A model generated the notes under the pieces. It made no database searches, was not told the DNA's origin, and saw only the letters and a list, made by a program, of their open reading frames with translations. From Candidatus Iainarchaeum sp. (GTDB taxonomy: Archaea; Iainarchaeota; Iainarchaeia; Iainarchaeales; JAZDFD01), in the NCBI GenBank assembly GCA_043808155.1, contig JAZDFD010000026.1, positions 1-64,000 of the forward strand: a stretch of DNA of 64,000 bases, in the 5' to 3' direction. Both the position numbers and the translations under genes were made by a program. Shown piece by piece: positions 9,613 through 19,644 of this stretch; position 1 is the stretch's first letter; each line of letters begins with the position of its first letter.

Positions 9613-10785
9613 ATGAATCAAACCCCGCATCCCTATCTTGAACAAATCGAAGGCAGAGGAATAAAACTCGGTTTGGAGAGAATGGAGAAATACTTGGAAT
9701 TTTTGGGAAACCCGCATTGCAATTACAACTCAGTTTTAGTTGCGGGTACAAATGGAAAAGGATCTGTAACTAATATGGTCGCGTCTATTTTGCATGAAGC
9801 AAACTTTAGAACAGGTGCTTACACCTCACCCCACGTCATTGATTACAACGAACGTTTCAAAATTAACAATAAAAAAATCTCAACAAAAGAAATGAATTCA
9901 CTAATTTCAGCAATGGCAAAATTTGATTCGCAAGTAAAACCAACTTATTTTGAATTTGCAACTGCATTTGCACTTAATTACTTTGCGAAAAAGAAAGTTG
10001 ATTACGCAGTTTTAGAAGTGGGCATGGGCGGAAGATTAGATGCAACAAATATCACAAATCCGCAAATTTCTGTAATAACAAACATCTCATTTGAGCATCA
10101 GAACTATCTGGGAAATACAATTCTGAAAATCGCAGGTGAAAAAGCAGGCATTATAAAAGAAAACGGAATTTTAATCACAACAGAAAAAAACAAATCTGTT
10201 CTGAAACTCTTCAGAAAAATATGCAAACAAAAAAACTCAAAATTCATTCACATAACAAAACCATACAAAGGGAAAATTTCTTTAATTGGTGATTACCAAA
10301 AAATAAATGCAGCACTTGCAGAGCGTGTTGCAGAAGAACTCAACATAAAATCATCTGCAATAAGAAAAGGAATTGCAAAAGCAGAAAATGTCGGCAGATT
10401 TCAAATAATTCAGAAAAATCCAACTCTGCTTACTGATTGTTCCCACAATCCCGCGGGAATGAAAGCATTTACTCACTCACTGAAAATTCAATTCCCAAAA
10501 AGGAAATTCACTTTTGTAATTGGATTTTCAGATGGAAAAAATTACAAAGAAATGCTGAAAATGATTGTTCCAAATGCTGAAAAAATTGTTGTGACCAGTG
10601 CGGAATGGAGAGGCATGGCAACATCAGAAATTATCTCTGCAATAAGAAAGCAGAACAAAAAAATTGAACTTGTTGAAATTTCAGTCGTGAAAGAAGCAGT
10701 AAAATTCGCAGTTAAAGATTCTCACAAAAAAGATTATATTGTAGTTTGCGGTTCAATATTTGTAGTTGGTGAATATCTTAATTAA
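9613..10785 (+). CDS. folC: Folylpolyglutamate synthase / dihydrofolate synthase
   Basis: VAGTNGKGS, YTSPH, EVGMGGRLDATN, DCSHNP, CGSIF. Confidence 0.95.
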   Translation: MNQTPHPYLEQIEGRGIKLGLERMEKYLEFLGNPHCNYNSVLVAGTNGKGSVTNMVASILHEANFRTGAYTSPHVIDYNERFKINNKKISTKEMNSLISAMAKFDSQVKPTYFEFATAFALNYFAKKKVDYAVLEVGMGGRLDATNITNPQISVITNISFEHQNYLGNTILKIAGEKAGIIKENGILITTEKNKSVLKLFRKICKQKNSKFIHITKPYKGKISLIGDYQKINAALAERVAEELNIKSSAIRKGIAKAENVGRFQIIQKNPTLLTDCSHNPAGMKAFTHSLKIQFPKRKFTFVIGFSDGKNYKEMLKMIVPNAEKIVVTSAEWRGMATSEIISAIRKQNKKIELVEISVVKEAVKFAVKDSHKKDYIVVCGSIFVVGEYLN

Positions 10786-10797
10786 GAAAATAAACTT

Positions 10798-11388
10798 TTA
10801 TTTCCCCTGTCTGTGACCTCTTAAAAAACGAGGTATTTTTTGTTTGAGTGATGGTTCAGCAGGGAACTCTTCTCCGCTCACATGTTTTAAATCCTCAACA
10901 GAATAAAATGCTCTTGAATCAAACTTCTTTATTATGTCAATAACTTTTGCCAACTTTTTTCTTTTTATAACACTATAAATCAGATGCACCTTTCCTGAAT
11001 TCCCGTCCGCATCTACACTGGTTATGTTATATCCTGATTTTTTCAGGGATTCAATTAATACAGTTGCATCTTTTTTAGTAATCACTCTGATAAGCAATAC
11101 ACCCATTGCAATTTTTTCCTCAATAATCATCCCCACAAAAGTTCCTGTGGCAAATCCGCCGGCATAGGCAATATAACAGAATACATTAGTCAGATTCTGC
11201 ATTACCTGCCCTATTGCAATAAGCCATATCAGCACCTCAAAAAAGCCGAAAAACGGGGCAATAAACTTCTGTCCGCGGGAAACAAAAATTATTCTTATTG
11301 TGCCTAGCGAAACATCTATTATACGCACAAAAAATATCAAAAGTGGAAGTATAATCCAAGTAAGTATTTCAGATTCTGCAAAGAGCAT
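10798..11388 (-). CDS. UPF0316/DUF2179-type membrane protein
   Basis: RIIDVSLGTIR, FEVLIW, YAGGFATGTFVG TM region plus soluble C-terminal domain. Confidence 0.85.
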   Translation of the reverse strand: MLFAESEILTWIILPLLIFFVRIIDVSLGTIRIIFVSRGQKFIAPFFGFFEVLIWLIAIGQVMQNLTNVFCYIAYAGGFATGTFVGMIIEEKIAMGVLLIRVITKKDATVLIESLKKSGYNITSVDADGNSGKVHLIYSVIKRKKLAKVIDIIKKFDSRAFYSVEDLKHVSGEEFPAEPSLKQKIPRFLRGHRQGK

Positions 11389-11502
11389 AGTTAGTATTGT
11401 TATATTTGTCTTATTATTTCTAACTGTTTAAGGTACTGAAACTTTCCAAATGAGTAACCTTTAAATTAAATGGATTTTATATGTATACATCATTAATTTT
11501 AA

Positions 11503-12252
11503 ATGATAGGAGGCGAAAATGTGAAAAAGATAATTTTGGTTTTGTTAGTGGCGGTAGTAATACTGTTTTCAGTTATGGCAGTTGCAGCACCAGCTGAAGG
11601 AAAAGGCTACAAGCGGGTGCTTGAGAAACGAACATTCATTCACTATGGGCAAGGATATGCAAAACCACCCTGGGCAGGCGGAGGCAACGGCGGAGGAGCT
11701 ACTAAGTGCTATGGTTTTATTTCAAATGGGGCAAAGTGGAAAACCAATGAACCCACATATGTGAATCCTTCAAATGACGACGGCATGAGTGAATCCTTTG
11801 TAATGAGCACTGTTGGTGCAGGTCATTCAGCGTGGGAAACCTATGGCGGAGACATTTTTGGAAATAGTTATGTTGATTATACAGTATATTATAACACTGA
11901 CTATGCAGATAATTTGAACACAGTATCATTTGGTTACTATCCTAACTCAGGAGTAATTGGCGTTACAACAGTATGGGGATATTTTTCCGGACCGCCAAAA
12001 TGGAGAGAACTTGTAGAGTACGACCTTTTGTTCAATGACTCATTCCTTTGGGGAAACGTGGATTCTAATCCAAATGCAATGGATTTGGAGAACATCGGAA
12101 CGCACGAAATAGGACATGCTGCAGGTATGGGTGACATGTACCAAACAGACTGCTCAGAAGTGACAATGTATGGTTACTCAACAGAGGGAGAAACCAAAAA
12201 AAGATCATTGGAAGCAGATGATATTACTGGAATACAGGAACTTTACAATTAG
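11503..12252 (+). CDS. Secreted matrixin-like (M10) zinc metalloprotease; true start probably GTG 11521
   Basis: Signal peptide, HEIGHAAGMGD zinc motif, Met-turn TMY, DDITGIQELY; GGAGG SD before 11521. Confidence 0.85.
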   Translation: MIGGENVKKIILVLLVAVVILFSVMAVAAPAEGKGYKRVLEKRTFIHYGQGYAKPPWAGGGNGGGATKCYGFISNGAKWKTNEPTYVNPSNDDGMSESFVMSTVGAGHSAWETYGGDIFGNSYVDYTVYYNTDYADNLNTVSFGYYPNSGVIGVTTVWGYFSGPPKWRELVEYDLLFNDSFLWGNVDSNPNAMDLENIGTHEIGHAAGMGDMYQTDCSEVTMYGYSTEGETKKRSLEADDITGIQELYN

Positions 12253-12404
12253 TTCCTTCTTCTCTTTTTTTTATTTTTTTTAGTTGAATAATTTATTTTG
12301 TGAATCTGTCCGCAGTCATACGTTAATTATGCCCTTACGTCCAAATCTCATAAGTAACCTTTAAATTAAGTAATTGCCATGATGTTTATACCTTGGTGGA
12401 GCTG

Positions 12405-13655
12405 ATGGAGAAAACGCATTTAGATATTTTGAGGGTTAAAGACCCCGCTGTTGCTGATTTATTAGAGCGTGAAAAAGAACGTCAGATGAATGGCCTTGAA
12501 CTGATTCCTTCTGAAAACTTAGTTTCAGGTGCTGTTATGGAGGCAATGGGCTCAGTTGCCACTAATAAATACTCTGAGGGCTACGCAAGAAAGCGCTATT
12601 ATTCGGGAAATGAAGTAATTGATGAAATTGAAGAACTTGCGATTTCACTCGCAAAAGAATTGTTCAATGCACCACATGTAAATGTCCAGCCTCTTTCCGG
12701 AAGTCCTGCAAATATGGCTGCGTATATGGCATTAATGGAACTCGGGGACAAATTAATGGCAATGCGCCTTGACATGGGCGGGCATCTAAGTCACGGGCAC
12801 AAAGTAAATTTCTCGGGTAAATGGTACAATGTAGTTCATTATCCTTTAAACAAAGAAACTGAAATGCTTGATTATGAAATGATAAGAAAAATGGCAATGG
12901 AAGAAAAGCCAAAAGTTCTAGTTTCAGGTTATTCTGCATATCCCCGAGCAATTGATTTTAAACAATTCAAAGAAATCGCAGATGAATGCGGTGCTTATTC
13001 AATGGCAGACATTGCACATATTGCTGGTCTCTGCTGTACAGGGGTGCATGAAAATCCTGCACCTTACTTTGATGTTGTTACAACAACAACTCATAAAACA
13101 TTGCGCGGACCAAGAGGTGCGATGATAATGTGCAAAGAAGAGCTTGCAGAAAAAATTGATAAAGCAGTTTTCCCTGGTTTGCAGGGCGGACCTCACGAAC
13201 ATCAGATTGCGGCAAAAGCAGTTGCATTCCGTGAAGCATTACAGCCTGATTTCAAAAAATATGCAAAACAGATTGTAAAAAATGCAAAAACACTTGCTGA
13301 TGAATTAACTTCAAAAGGTTTCCGATTAGTTTCCGGAGGAACTGACAATCATTTAATTCTTATTGATTTACAAAACCTGAAAATTTCAGGAAAAGAAGGG
13401 GAAAACGCACTGGACAGAGCAGGAATTTACTGCAACAAAAATACAATTCCCTATGACCCGCGAAAACCATGGGACCCATCAGGAATAAGAATCGGAACAC
13501 CTACATTAACAACACGCGGAATGAAAGAATCAGAAATGAAATTAATTGCTGATTTCATGCACAGAGTTTTAAAAGATGTTAATAATGAAAATGAAATTAA
13601 AAAAGTAAAAACCGAAGTTAATGAACTCTGTAAAAACTTCCGATTTTATACGTGA
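12405..13655 (+). CDS. glyA: Serine hydroxymethyltransferase (THF-type)
   Basis: LIPSEN, NKYSEGY, TTTHKTLRGPRG, FPGLQGGP; SD GGTGGAG before ATG 12405. Confidence 0.97.
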   Translation: MEKTHLDILRVKDPAVADLLEREKERQMNGLELIPSENLVSGAVMEAMGSVATNKYSEGYARKRYYSGNEVIDEIEELAISLAKELFNAPHVNVQPLSGSPANMAAYMALMELGDKLMAMRLDMGGHLSHGHKVNFSGKWYNVVHYPLNKETEMLDYEMIRKMAMEEKPKVLVSGYSAYPRAIDFKQFKEIADECGAYSMADIAHIAGLCCTGVHENPAPYFDVVTTTTHKTLRGPRGAMIMCKEELAEKIDKAVFPGLQGGPHEHQIAAKAVAFREALQPDFKKYAKQIVKNAKTLADELTSKGFRLVSGGTDNHLILIDLQNLKISGKEGENALDRAGIYCNKNTIPYDPRKPWDPSGIRIGTPTLTTRGMKESEMKLIADFMHRVLKDVNNENEIKKVKTEVNELCKNFRFYT

Positions 13656-14569
13656 TAAATATGACTGCAAAAATAATCGATGGGATAAAAATTTCACTTG
13701 AAATTCTTGAAGAAGTAAGGAATGAATGTGTGAAATTAAAATACAAAGGAATTGTTCCCGGTCTGGCAGTAATACGTGTTGGTGACGACCCTGCTTCAAA
13801 ATACTATGTGAATTTAAAAGATAAACGCGCAAAAGAAATTGGCATTTACTCACGGCAGATTACTCTTCCTGAAGACGTATCTGAAGAAGAACTGATTAAA
13901 ATTGTTGATGAACTTAATGAAGACCCTAAAATTAACGGATTTTTTATTCAGCTTCCTTTGCCTAAACACATTAACAAAGGAAATGTACTTGACAGAATAA
14001 AACCAGAAAAAGATGTTGATGGGCTTTCAGTTTACAATTTTGGAAAATTACTTATTGGTCATGAACAATTAGTTCCTGCAACTCCTAAAGGCGTACTCTG
14101 CATGCTGAGACGAACAGGAATTGATGTTGCAGGAAAAGAAGTATGCGTTGTGGGTGCAAGTAACATTGTAGGGAAACCACTGGCAATGATGTTGCTTAAC
14201 AGGAGAGCAACAGTTACTATCTGTCACAGCAAAACAAAAGATCTTGCATCGCATACTAAAAAAGCAGATATTATTGCAGTTGCAGTTGGAAAACCAGGTT
14301 TAATTACAAAAGAGATGGTAAAAGAGGGAGCTGTTGTCATTGACATTGGAACTACAAAAGTTGATGGCAAATTAAAAGGCGATGTCGCAGACGATGTTGC
14401 AGACGTCGCTGGTTACATCACTCCTGTCCCTGGCGGAGTTGGGCCAATGACAGTTGCATGTTTAATGGAAAATACTGTTAAAGCAGCAATACAACAAAAC
14501 GGATTGGATGATAAAAATGGGAAAGATTTGCTTGGCTGTGCTTGCGAGCACAAGAGCGGCGGACCTTGA
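13652..14569 (+). CDS. folD: Methylene-THF dehydrogenase/cyclohydrolase
   Basis: IQLPLP, KDVDG, GASNIVGKP, TPVPGGVGPMT. Confidence 0.96.
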   Translation: MINMTAKIIDGIKISLEILEEVRNECVKLKYKGIVPGLAVIRVGDDPASKYYVNLKDKRAKEIGIYSRQITLPEDVSEEELIKIVDELNEDPKINGFFIQLPLPKHINKGNVLDRIKPEKDVDGLSVYNFGKLLIGHEQLVPATPKGVLCMLRRTGIDVAGKEVCVVGASNIVGKPLAMMLLNRRATVTICHSKTKDLASHTKKADIIAVAVGKPGLITKEMVKEGAVVIDIGTTKVDGKLKGDVADDVADVAGYITPVPGGVGPMTVACLMENTVKAAIQQNGLDDKNGKDLLGCACEHKSGGP

Positions 14570-15137
14570 TTCAATTGTTGAAGCAATTAACAATGGTACG
14601 TTAAACGCAGAAATAAAATGCTTGGTTTCAAATAAAGAAAACGCTGGCTGTGTTGAACGCGCAAAAAAACATGGAATTGAAGTTCTTGTTCTTAATCACA
14701 AAGAGTTTAAAACTCGTGAAGATTTTGATAAAAAAGTTTCAGAAGAATTAGAAAAAAGAAACATTGATTTGATTGTTCTTATTGGTTACATGCTTATTAT
14801 GAGTGATTGGTTTGTTAAGAAATATAAAGGAAAAATAATGAACGTACATCCTTCACTGCTTCCTGCATTTGCAGGCGGAATGGATAAGAATGTGCATCAG
14901 GCAGTTCTTGATTCTGGAGTGAATGTGACTGGTGCAACAATACACTTTGTTACTGAAGAATTGGATTCAGGACCAATTATAATGCAAAAATCAGTTTCTG
15001 TTGACAAATCAGATACAGTAGAAACCCTAAAAGCAAAAGTTCAAAAATTAGAACAGGAAATGTTTCCAAAAGCAATTCAATTGTATGCCGAAGGAAAATT
15101 AAAAATCGAAGGAAATAAAGTTAGAATTCTGAAATGA
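14508..15137 (+). CDS. purN: Phosphoribosylglycinamide formyltransferase
   Basis: NVHPSLLPAF, TGATIHFV, LDSGPII. Confidence 0.94.
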   Translation: MIKMGKICLAVLASTRAADLDSIVEAINNGTLNAEIKCLVSNKENAGCVERAKKHGIEVLVLNHKEFKTREDFDKKVSEELEKRNIDLIVLIGYMLIMSDWFVKKYKGKIMNVHPSLLPAFAGGMDKNVHQAVLDSGVNVTGATIHFVTEELDSGPIIMQKSVSVDKSDTVETLKAKVQKLEQEMFPKAIQLYAEGKLKIEGNKVRILK

Positions 15138-15175
15138 CATTATTCAATAAAACATTTTTTCACTAAAAAACTATT

Positions 15176-16093
15176 TCAGTACAAAACATCAAAAACTTTT
15201 TTACCTTCAATTGACAGCAAAAACTCATATCTGTCATCAACATATTTCTGAATTGCTTTTATGTCATCAGGAGTAATGTGTTTAAATCTTCCTTGCGGTT
15301 TTAAATAATTTTCAACTGGTTCTGGATTTTCAATTTTCTGATTGAATTTAAGAACTCCGTTTTCAATTTCATAAATTGGGAAAACTCTTGTTTTAACTGC
15401 AAGTCTTGAAATTTCCACTGCCATGTTTGATTTTGTTCTCCATCCCAATGGGCATGGTGAATAAGCATGCAAAAAACTTGGGCCATTAATTTTTAGTGCT
15501 TTCTTTACTTTTTTATTCCAGTCAATTAAGTTTGCGGGGGATGCAGTTGCAACATATGCTACTCCGTGAGATGCAATAATTAAAGCCAGTGGTTTTTTCG
15601 GTTCTCTTTTTCCATGACTCTCTCTTCCTGCAGGACTTGTTGTTGTTGACGCGTATGGGAAAGTTGCACCGCTTCTCTGAACACCTGTATTGCTATATGC
15701 TTCATTATCCTGTGCAATATATGTGAATTTATGTCCTCTTTCAATTGCACCGCTTAATGCACCAAATCCGATATCAAAACTCGCACCATCTCCGCCAATT
15801 ACTAGAAGATTTGTTTTATCTCTTCGTTTCTGGGCTTTTAGTGCTGCATCAACTCCTGATGCAATTGATGCTGCATTTTCAAACGCACCATGTAACCAGG
15901 GAACTTTCCACGAAGTCTGGGGATATGGTGAACTAATAATTTCCATACATCCTGTCGCACACACAACGATTGTATTTTTTCCTGCTGCTTTGAGTGCGTG
16001 TCTTAGCATTAAAACTTCTCCGCAACCTGCACAGGCACGGTGCCCTGAAGCAAAATACTCCTTTTCGTCAATACCCGCAATCAAAATAACCAC
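15176..16093 (-). CDS. porB: Pyruvate:ferredoxin oxidoreductase beta subunit (start may be TTG 16084)
   Basis: GHRACAGCG, GGDG TPP motif, DNEAYSNTG, SPCPLGW. Confidence 0.92.
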   Translation of the reverse strand: MVILIAGIDEKEYFASGHRACAGCGEVLMLRHALKAAGKNTIVVCATGCMEIISSPYPQTSWKVPWLHGAFENAASIASGVDAALKAQKRRDKTNLLVIGGDGASFDIGFGALSGAIERGHKFTYIAQDNEAYSNTGVQRSGATFPYASTTTSPAGRESHGKREPKKPLALIIASHGVAYVATASPANLIDWNKKVKKALKINGPSFLHAYSPCPLGWRTKSNMAVEISRLAVKTRVFPIYEIENGVLKFNQKIENPEPVENYLKPQGRFKHITPDDIKAIQKYVDDRYEFLLSIEGKKVFDVLY

Positions 16094-17241
16094 TCCCCGG
16101 GTTTACCATTAATCAAATTCATAAGTGCTTTTTCAAGATGGCCGGCTTTTATGTCACGACCACCAATGCCTGCAATGTTAGTATTAATCTGAATGTCTAC
16201 TTCACATAATGCAGCTCTGATATCAATTGATAATGCGCCTTCATATCCGAGGGACATATGTCTGTCAATCACGCACAATCCTTTAAGATTTTTTGCAATT
16301 TTTCTTAAGTCATTAACTGGGAAAGGTCTTAAACTTTTTAATTTTATTATCCCGATTTTATGTCCTTCTTTTCTTAATTTATCAACTGTCTGATGTGCAG
16401 TTGCACATACAGTGCCCATTGCAATAATTGCATATTCTGCATCACTCATTTTATATTTTTGAATTAAACCGTCTCCGTATTTTCTTCCAAAAATTTCTCC
16501 GAATTCTTTATTCACTTTTTTAATAACCTTGACACTATTTTCCATTGCTTCCTGCTGTTGTTTTTTAAATTCCATAAACACATTTGGTGTTCCGATTGTT
16601 CCGAAACTTATTGGGTTTTTTGGGTCAAGAACATCTTTTGGTTTGTAAGCCGGAAGGAATGCGTCTACTTTCTTTTTTGAAGGAATGGAAACAGGTTCAT
16701 AAACATGACTTAATGAAAAACCATCAATGCATGGCATTACCGGAAGCAAAACATCTTTGTTTTCTGCAATTTTAAACGCCATTACTGTTGTGTCAACTGC
16801 TTCCTGTGCATCTTCAGAATAAAGCTGTATCCAGCCCTGGTCACGCGCACTTACTGAATCTGAGTGGTCGTTCCAGATGTTTATGGGCGCACTTAATGCT
16901 CTGTTTGCAACAGTCATAACACATGGCAATCTCAAACCAGAAACAATTGGTAAAATTTCATACATTAAAGCAAATCCTTGGGATGATGTTGCAGTGTAAG
17001 TTCTAACACCCGTTGCCTGTGCACCCAATACTGCACTCAATGCAGAGTGTTCAGATTCAACCGGAATTATTTCTGCGTCCATTTCACCATTGCTGACAAG
17101 GTCTGCTATTTTTTCAACAATGTGTGTCTGGGGTGTAATTGGATACATGGGGATAACTTTCGGACCGCAATTTCGTACTGTCATCGCAATTGCAACACTT
17201 GCTTCTAAAACTGTCTCATCTGTCTGATTCCAATTAGTCAT
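16081..17241 (-). CDS. porA: Pyruvate:ferredoxin oxidoreductase alpha subunit
   Basis: YPITPQT, ESEHSA, TATSSQG, NRALSAP. Confidence 0.93.
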   Translation of the reverse strand: MTNWNQTDETVLEASVAIAMTVRNCGPKVIPMYPITPQTHIVEKIADLVSNGEMDAEIIPVESEHSALSAVLGAQATGVRTYTATSSQGFALMYEILPIVSGLRLPCVMTVANRALSAPINIWNDHSDSVSARDQGWIQLYSEDAQEAVDTTVMAFKIAENKDVLLPVMPCIDGFSLSHVYEPVSIPSKKKVDAFLPAYKPKDVLDPKNPISFGTIGTPNVFMEFKKQQQEAMENSVKVIKKVNKEFGEIFGRKYGDGLIQKYKMSDAEYAIIAMGTVCATAHQTVDKLRKEGHKIGIIKLKSLRPFPVNDLRKIAKNLKGLCVIDRHMSLGYEGALSIDIRAALCEVDIQINTNIAGIGGRDIKAGHLEKALMNLINGKPGEWLF

Positions 17242-17522
17242 TTCTTATCCCACTCCATTGCAATGCATTTCACTGGGCATTCATTTGCACAAATTCCACA
17301 GCCTTTACAATAATCATAGTTAACATAAAAGAATTCACCTTTTTTATAAATTGCAATATCAGGACAATTCAGCCAGCATTTTCCGCACTTGATACATTTT
17401 TCTTTATCAATAACTGGTTTGAAAGTTCGCCAGCCGCCTGTTTTATTTTCTATGCTGTTTCCTGCTTCTCTCACAACCCCGCCTTTATTTAGTTTAAGTC
17501 CGTCTTTGTTTTTTGTAATCAT
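17238..17522 (-). CDS. porD: POR delta subunit (2x[4Fe-4S])
   Basis: TGGWRTFKP, CIKCGKCWLNCP, CKGCGICANECP. Confidence 0.93.
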   Translation of the reverse strand: MITKNKDGLKLNKGGVVREAGNSIENKTGGWRTFKPVIDKEKCIKCGKCWLNCPDIAIYKKGEFFYVNYDYCKGCGICANECPVKCIAMEWDKK

Positions 17523-18119
17523 TTAATCACCTTTAATGCATGAGCATGTTCCGCCTTTGTGACCTAAGCAGTCTCCGAAAACTTTTTTTGCAGCTTGCGT
17601 ATTTAAGTCAGCTGTTTTCCCTTTTCCAAATCTGATTTCAATTGCTTTTTCAAGTGCTTCAATTGAAACAAGACAGGTAATACAGCAGAAAGCACCAAGT
17701 GCAGCAATATTAACAAATGGTTTTCCAATAACTTCCAGAGCATCTTTTGTAATGTCCAGAACATAAACTTTGAAGTTTTCTTTTCCCGTGAATCCTAATT
17801 CTTCAGGAGTTTTATTTGAGTTAATAAGAAGAATGCCCTTGTCTTTAATTCCGTTAGTTACATTTACGCTGTCCATTATTGTGGGATCAAGAACAATAAC
17901 ATAATCCGGAAGATAGACATGCTGGCGCTTCAGTACTTTTCTATCAGAAAATCTTACAAAGCTCTGTACAGGTGCACCAGTTCTTTCAACTCCAAAACTG
18001 GGGAATGCCTGACAATAAATTCCGTCTTCAAAAGCCGCAATTGCCAGAACCTGAGAACTCGTTACTGCGCCCTGTCCGCCCCGTCCATGTATTCTTATCT
18101 CTTTAAGCAAAACAATCAT
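17523..18119 (-). CDS. porG: POR gamma subunit
   Basis: EIRIHGRGGQG, FGVERTGAPV. Confidence 0.93.
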   Translation of the reverse strand: MIVLLKEIRIHGRGGQGAVTSSQVLAIAAFEDGIYCQAFPSFGVERTGAPVQSFVRFSDRKVLKRQHVYLPDYVIVLDPTIMDSVNVTNGIKDKGILLINSNKTPEELGFTGKENFKVYVLDITKDALEVIGKPFVNIAALGAFCCITCLVSIEALEKAIEIRFGKGKTADLNTQAAKKVFGDCLGHKGGTCSCIKGD

Positions 18120-18302
18120 GTCCCCGTTCTCTTTTTCTAAGTCTATATCTTCAAGTCCTTTACTAATATAGTTTCAATTTATTTAAATCTTCCGTTGTTT
18201 GCACAAACTGAAAACGTTGATTGACTTATATTTTTGATTCTAACACTCTTGTTTTTATTTTTTTTGTTTCTTTTAAGATACATTTAATGGAGGAGATTTA
18301 TC

Positions 18303-18530
18303 ATGGGCGAGGTTATAGACACTCTTGTTGGAACAATACTCTATTCTGTGACACTGATTATTTTGGGAATAATTTATTTTGGTGTTACTTTATGGATTGT
18401 CAAAGCATCAAGCGAATTTGTTTTCGGTGAAGGTCTGGAAGCAAACTGGGCCGCACTTTCAGCAGCAATTATCACTGTCGGTGCAATAATGTCAGGTTCT
18501 TTAGACAGCAGAAAAAAGCAGAACCAATAA
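18303..18530 (+). CDS. Small two-TM membrane protein
   Basis: 75-aa hydrophobic ORF with GGAGG SD. Confidence 0.7.
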   Translation: MGEVIDTLVGTILYSVTLIILGIIYFGVTLWIVKASSEFVFGEGLEANWAALSAAIITVGAIMSGSLDSRKKQNQ

Positions 18531-18531
18531 T

Positions 18532-19530
18532 TCATTCAGAACATTCACTGTTGTAAGTATCTTGCAGTGCATTTCCAAGTTGTTCATATAGTGTTGCTTT
18601 TGTAATGTCTTCTTCTATTACTGAATGATACAAAAATCCCTGATACGAAGTTAAAATGTAATTGCAAAGTGTTCCTGTGCTCATGCACAAATTCATGTTT
18701 TCACATCCCCCGTATTGCCAGCTTTCGCCTGAAGGGTGCACCCATGTAATATAACAGCCGTCTGTTGCAGTGCATGAATCTAAATCATTACAAAATGAAC
18801 AGCATCCAGTTCCGCATCCCGTACATTGTTCTGCATCAAAAACTAAAGTATCACAAATTTCTTCTTCACAAAGATGTGTAGAACAATAAGTAATGCATTT
18901 TTCTCTGTTTTCAAGCGCTTCACAATTTCCTGCAGTTGCAACAAAGTCATCTGTGTCAGTAATAACATTTTCTTCCCAGTCACAAAAAGCACGCCATGAA
19001 TCGCATTCATAATCCATCTCATTTCCAATACATGCTATTTGTTTATTACTGCATTCCGATTTCAAATCATTAAAGGAATATGCATCATCACCAACATATT
19101 TCTTTATTATTTGATTAATTGCGGTTTCTACATTTTCAAACTGCGGCTGATAAAAATTGGAAACATCAACTGTTTTTCTTTGCCCGTCTGCATAAACTGA
19201 AATTTTTGAAAATCCACCGTCCATAATTGTGGGGTCTTCATATGTGTCCTGCAAACCAAAGAAATTATTTTCCACAACTGATTTGTAAACCTTTTCTCTG
19301 TCTTCTTCACTCACTTGAAATTCATATGTTTTTCTTACATCGCCATTAATTTCTTTTGTAAATTCTGCTTTTCCTTCCTCATCGCATGTGAAATTATAAC
19401 TGCCCCAATCTAAATGCATTGCACCATTTGAATATGAAAAGCGGAAATCGTCAGGCATTTCATCAGGCAGAGGTTCATTACACCCGCTGAAAATAATCAG
19501 TCCAATTATTAAAATCAAATATTTTTTCAT
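18532..19530 (-). CDS. Putative lipoprotein with Cys-rich C-terminus
   Basis: MKKYLILIIGLIIFSGC lipobox-like leader; acidic, many Cys. Confidence 0.75.
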   Translation of the reverse strand: MKKYLILIIGLIIFSGCNEPLPDEMPDDFRFSYSNGAMHLDWGSYNFTCDEEGKAEFTKEINGDVRKTYEFQVSEEDREKVYKSVVENNFFGLQDTYEDPTIMDGGFSKISVYADGQRKTVDVSNFYQPQFENVETAINQIIKKYVGDDAYSFNDLKSECSNKQIACIGNEMDYECDSWRAFCDWEENVITDTDDFVATAGNCEALENREKCITYCSTHLCEEEICDTLVFDAEQCTGCGTGCCSFCNDLDSCTATDGCYITWVHPSGESWQYGGCENMNLCMSTGTLCNYILTSYQGFLYHSVIEEDITKATLYEQLGNALQDTYNSECSE

Positions 19531-19644
19531 GAATATAATTAGTTCAAAGTCATATATAAATTTCACTTATTATTGCATTTGAATATTTCTTTTGCATGGT
19601 GGGGTTTTCTGTGAAAAGAATCACATGTTGATTGTTTTTTGGTA

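Noticed and set aside
12296-12360. ZTP, purine or THF riboswitch upstream of glyA
   Set aside because: No consensus elements or convincing stems, and the segment lies upstream of the TATA box
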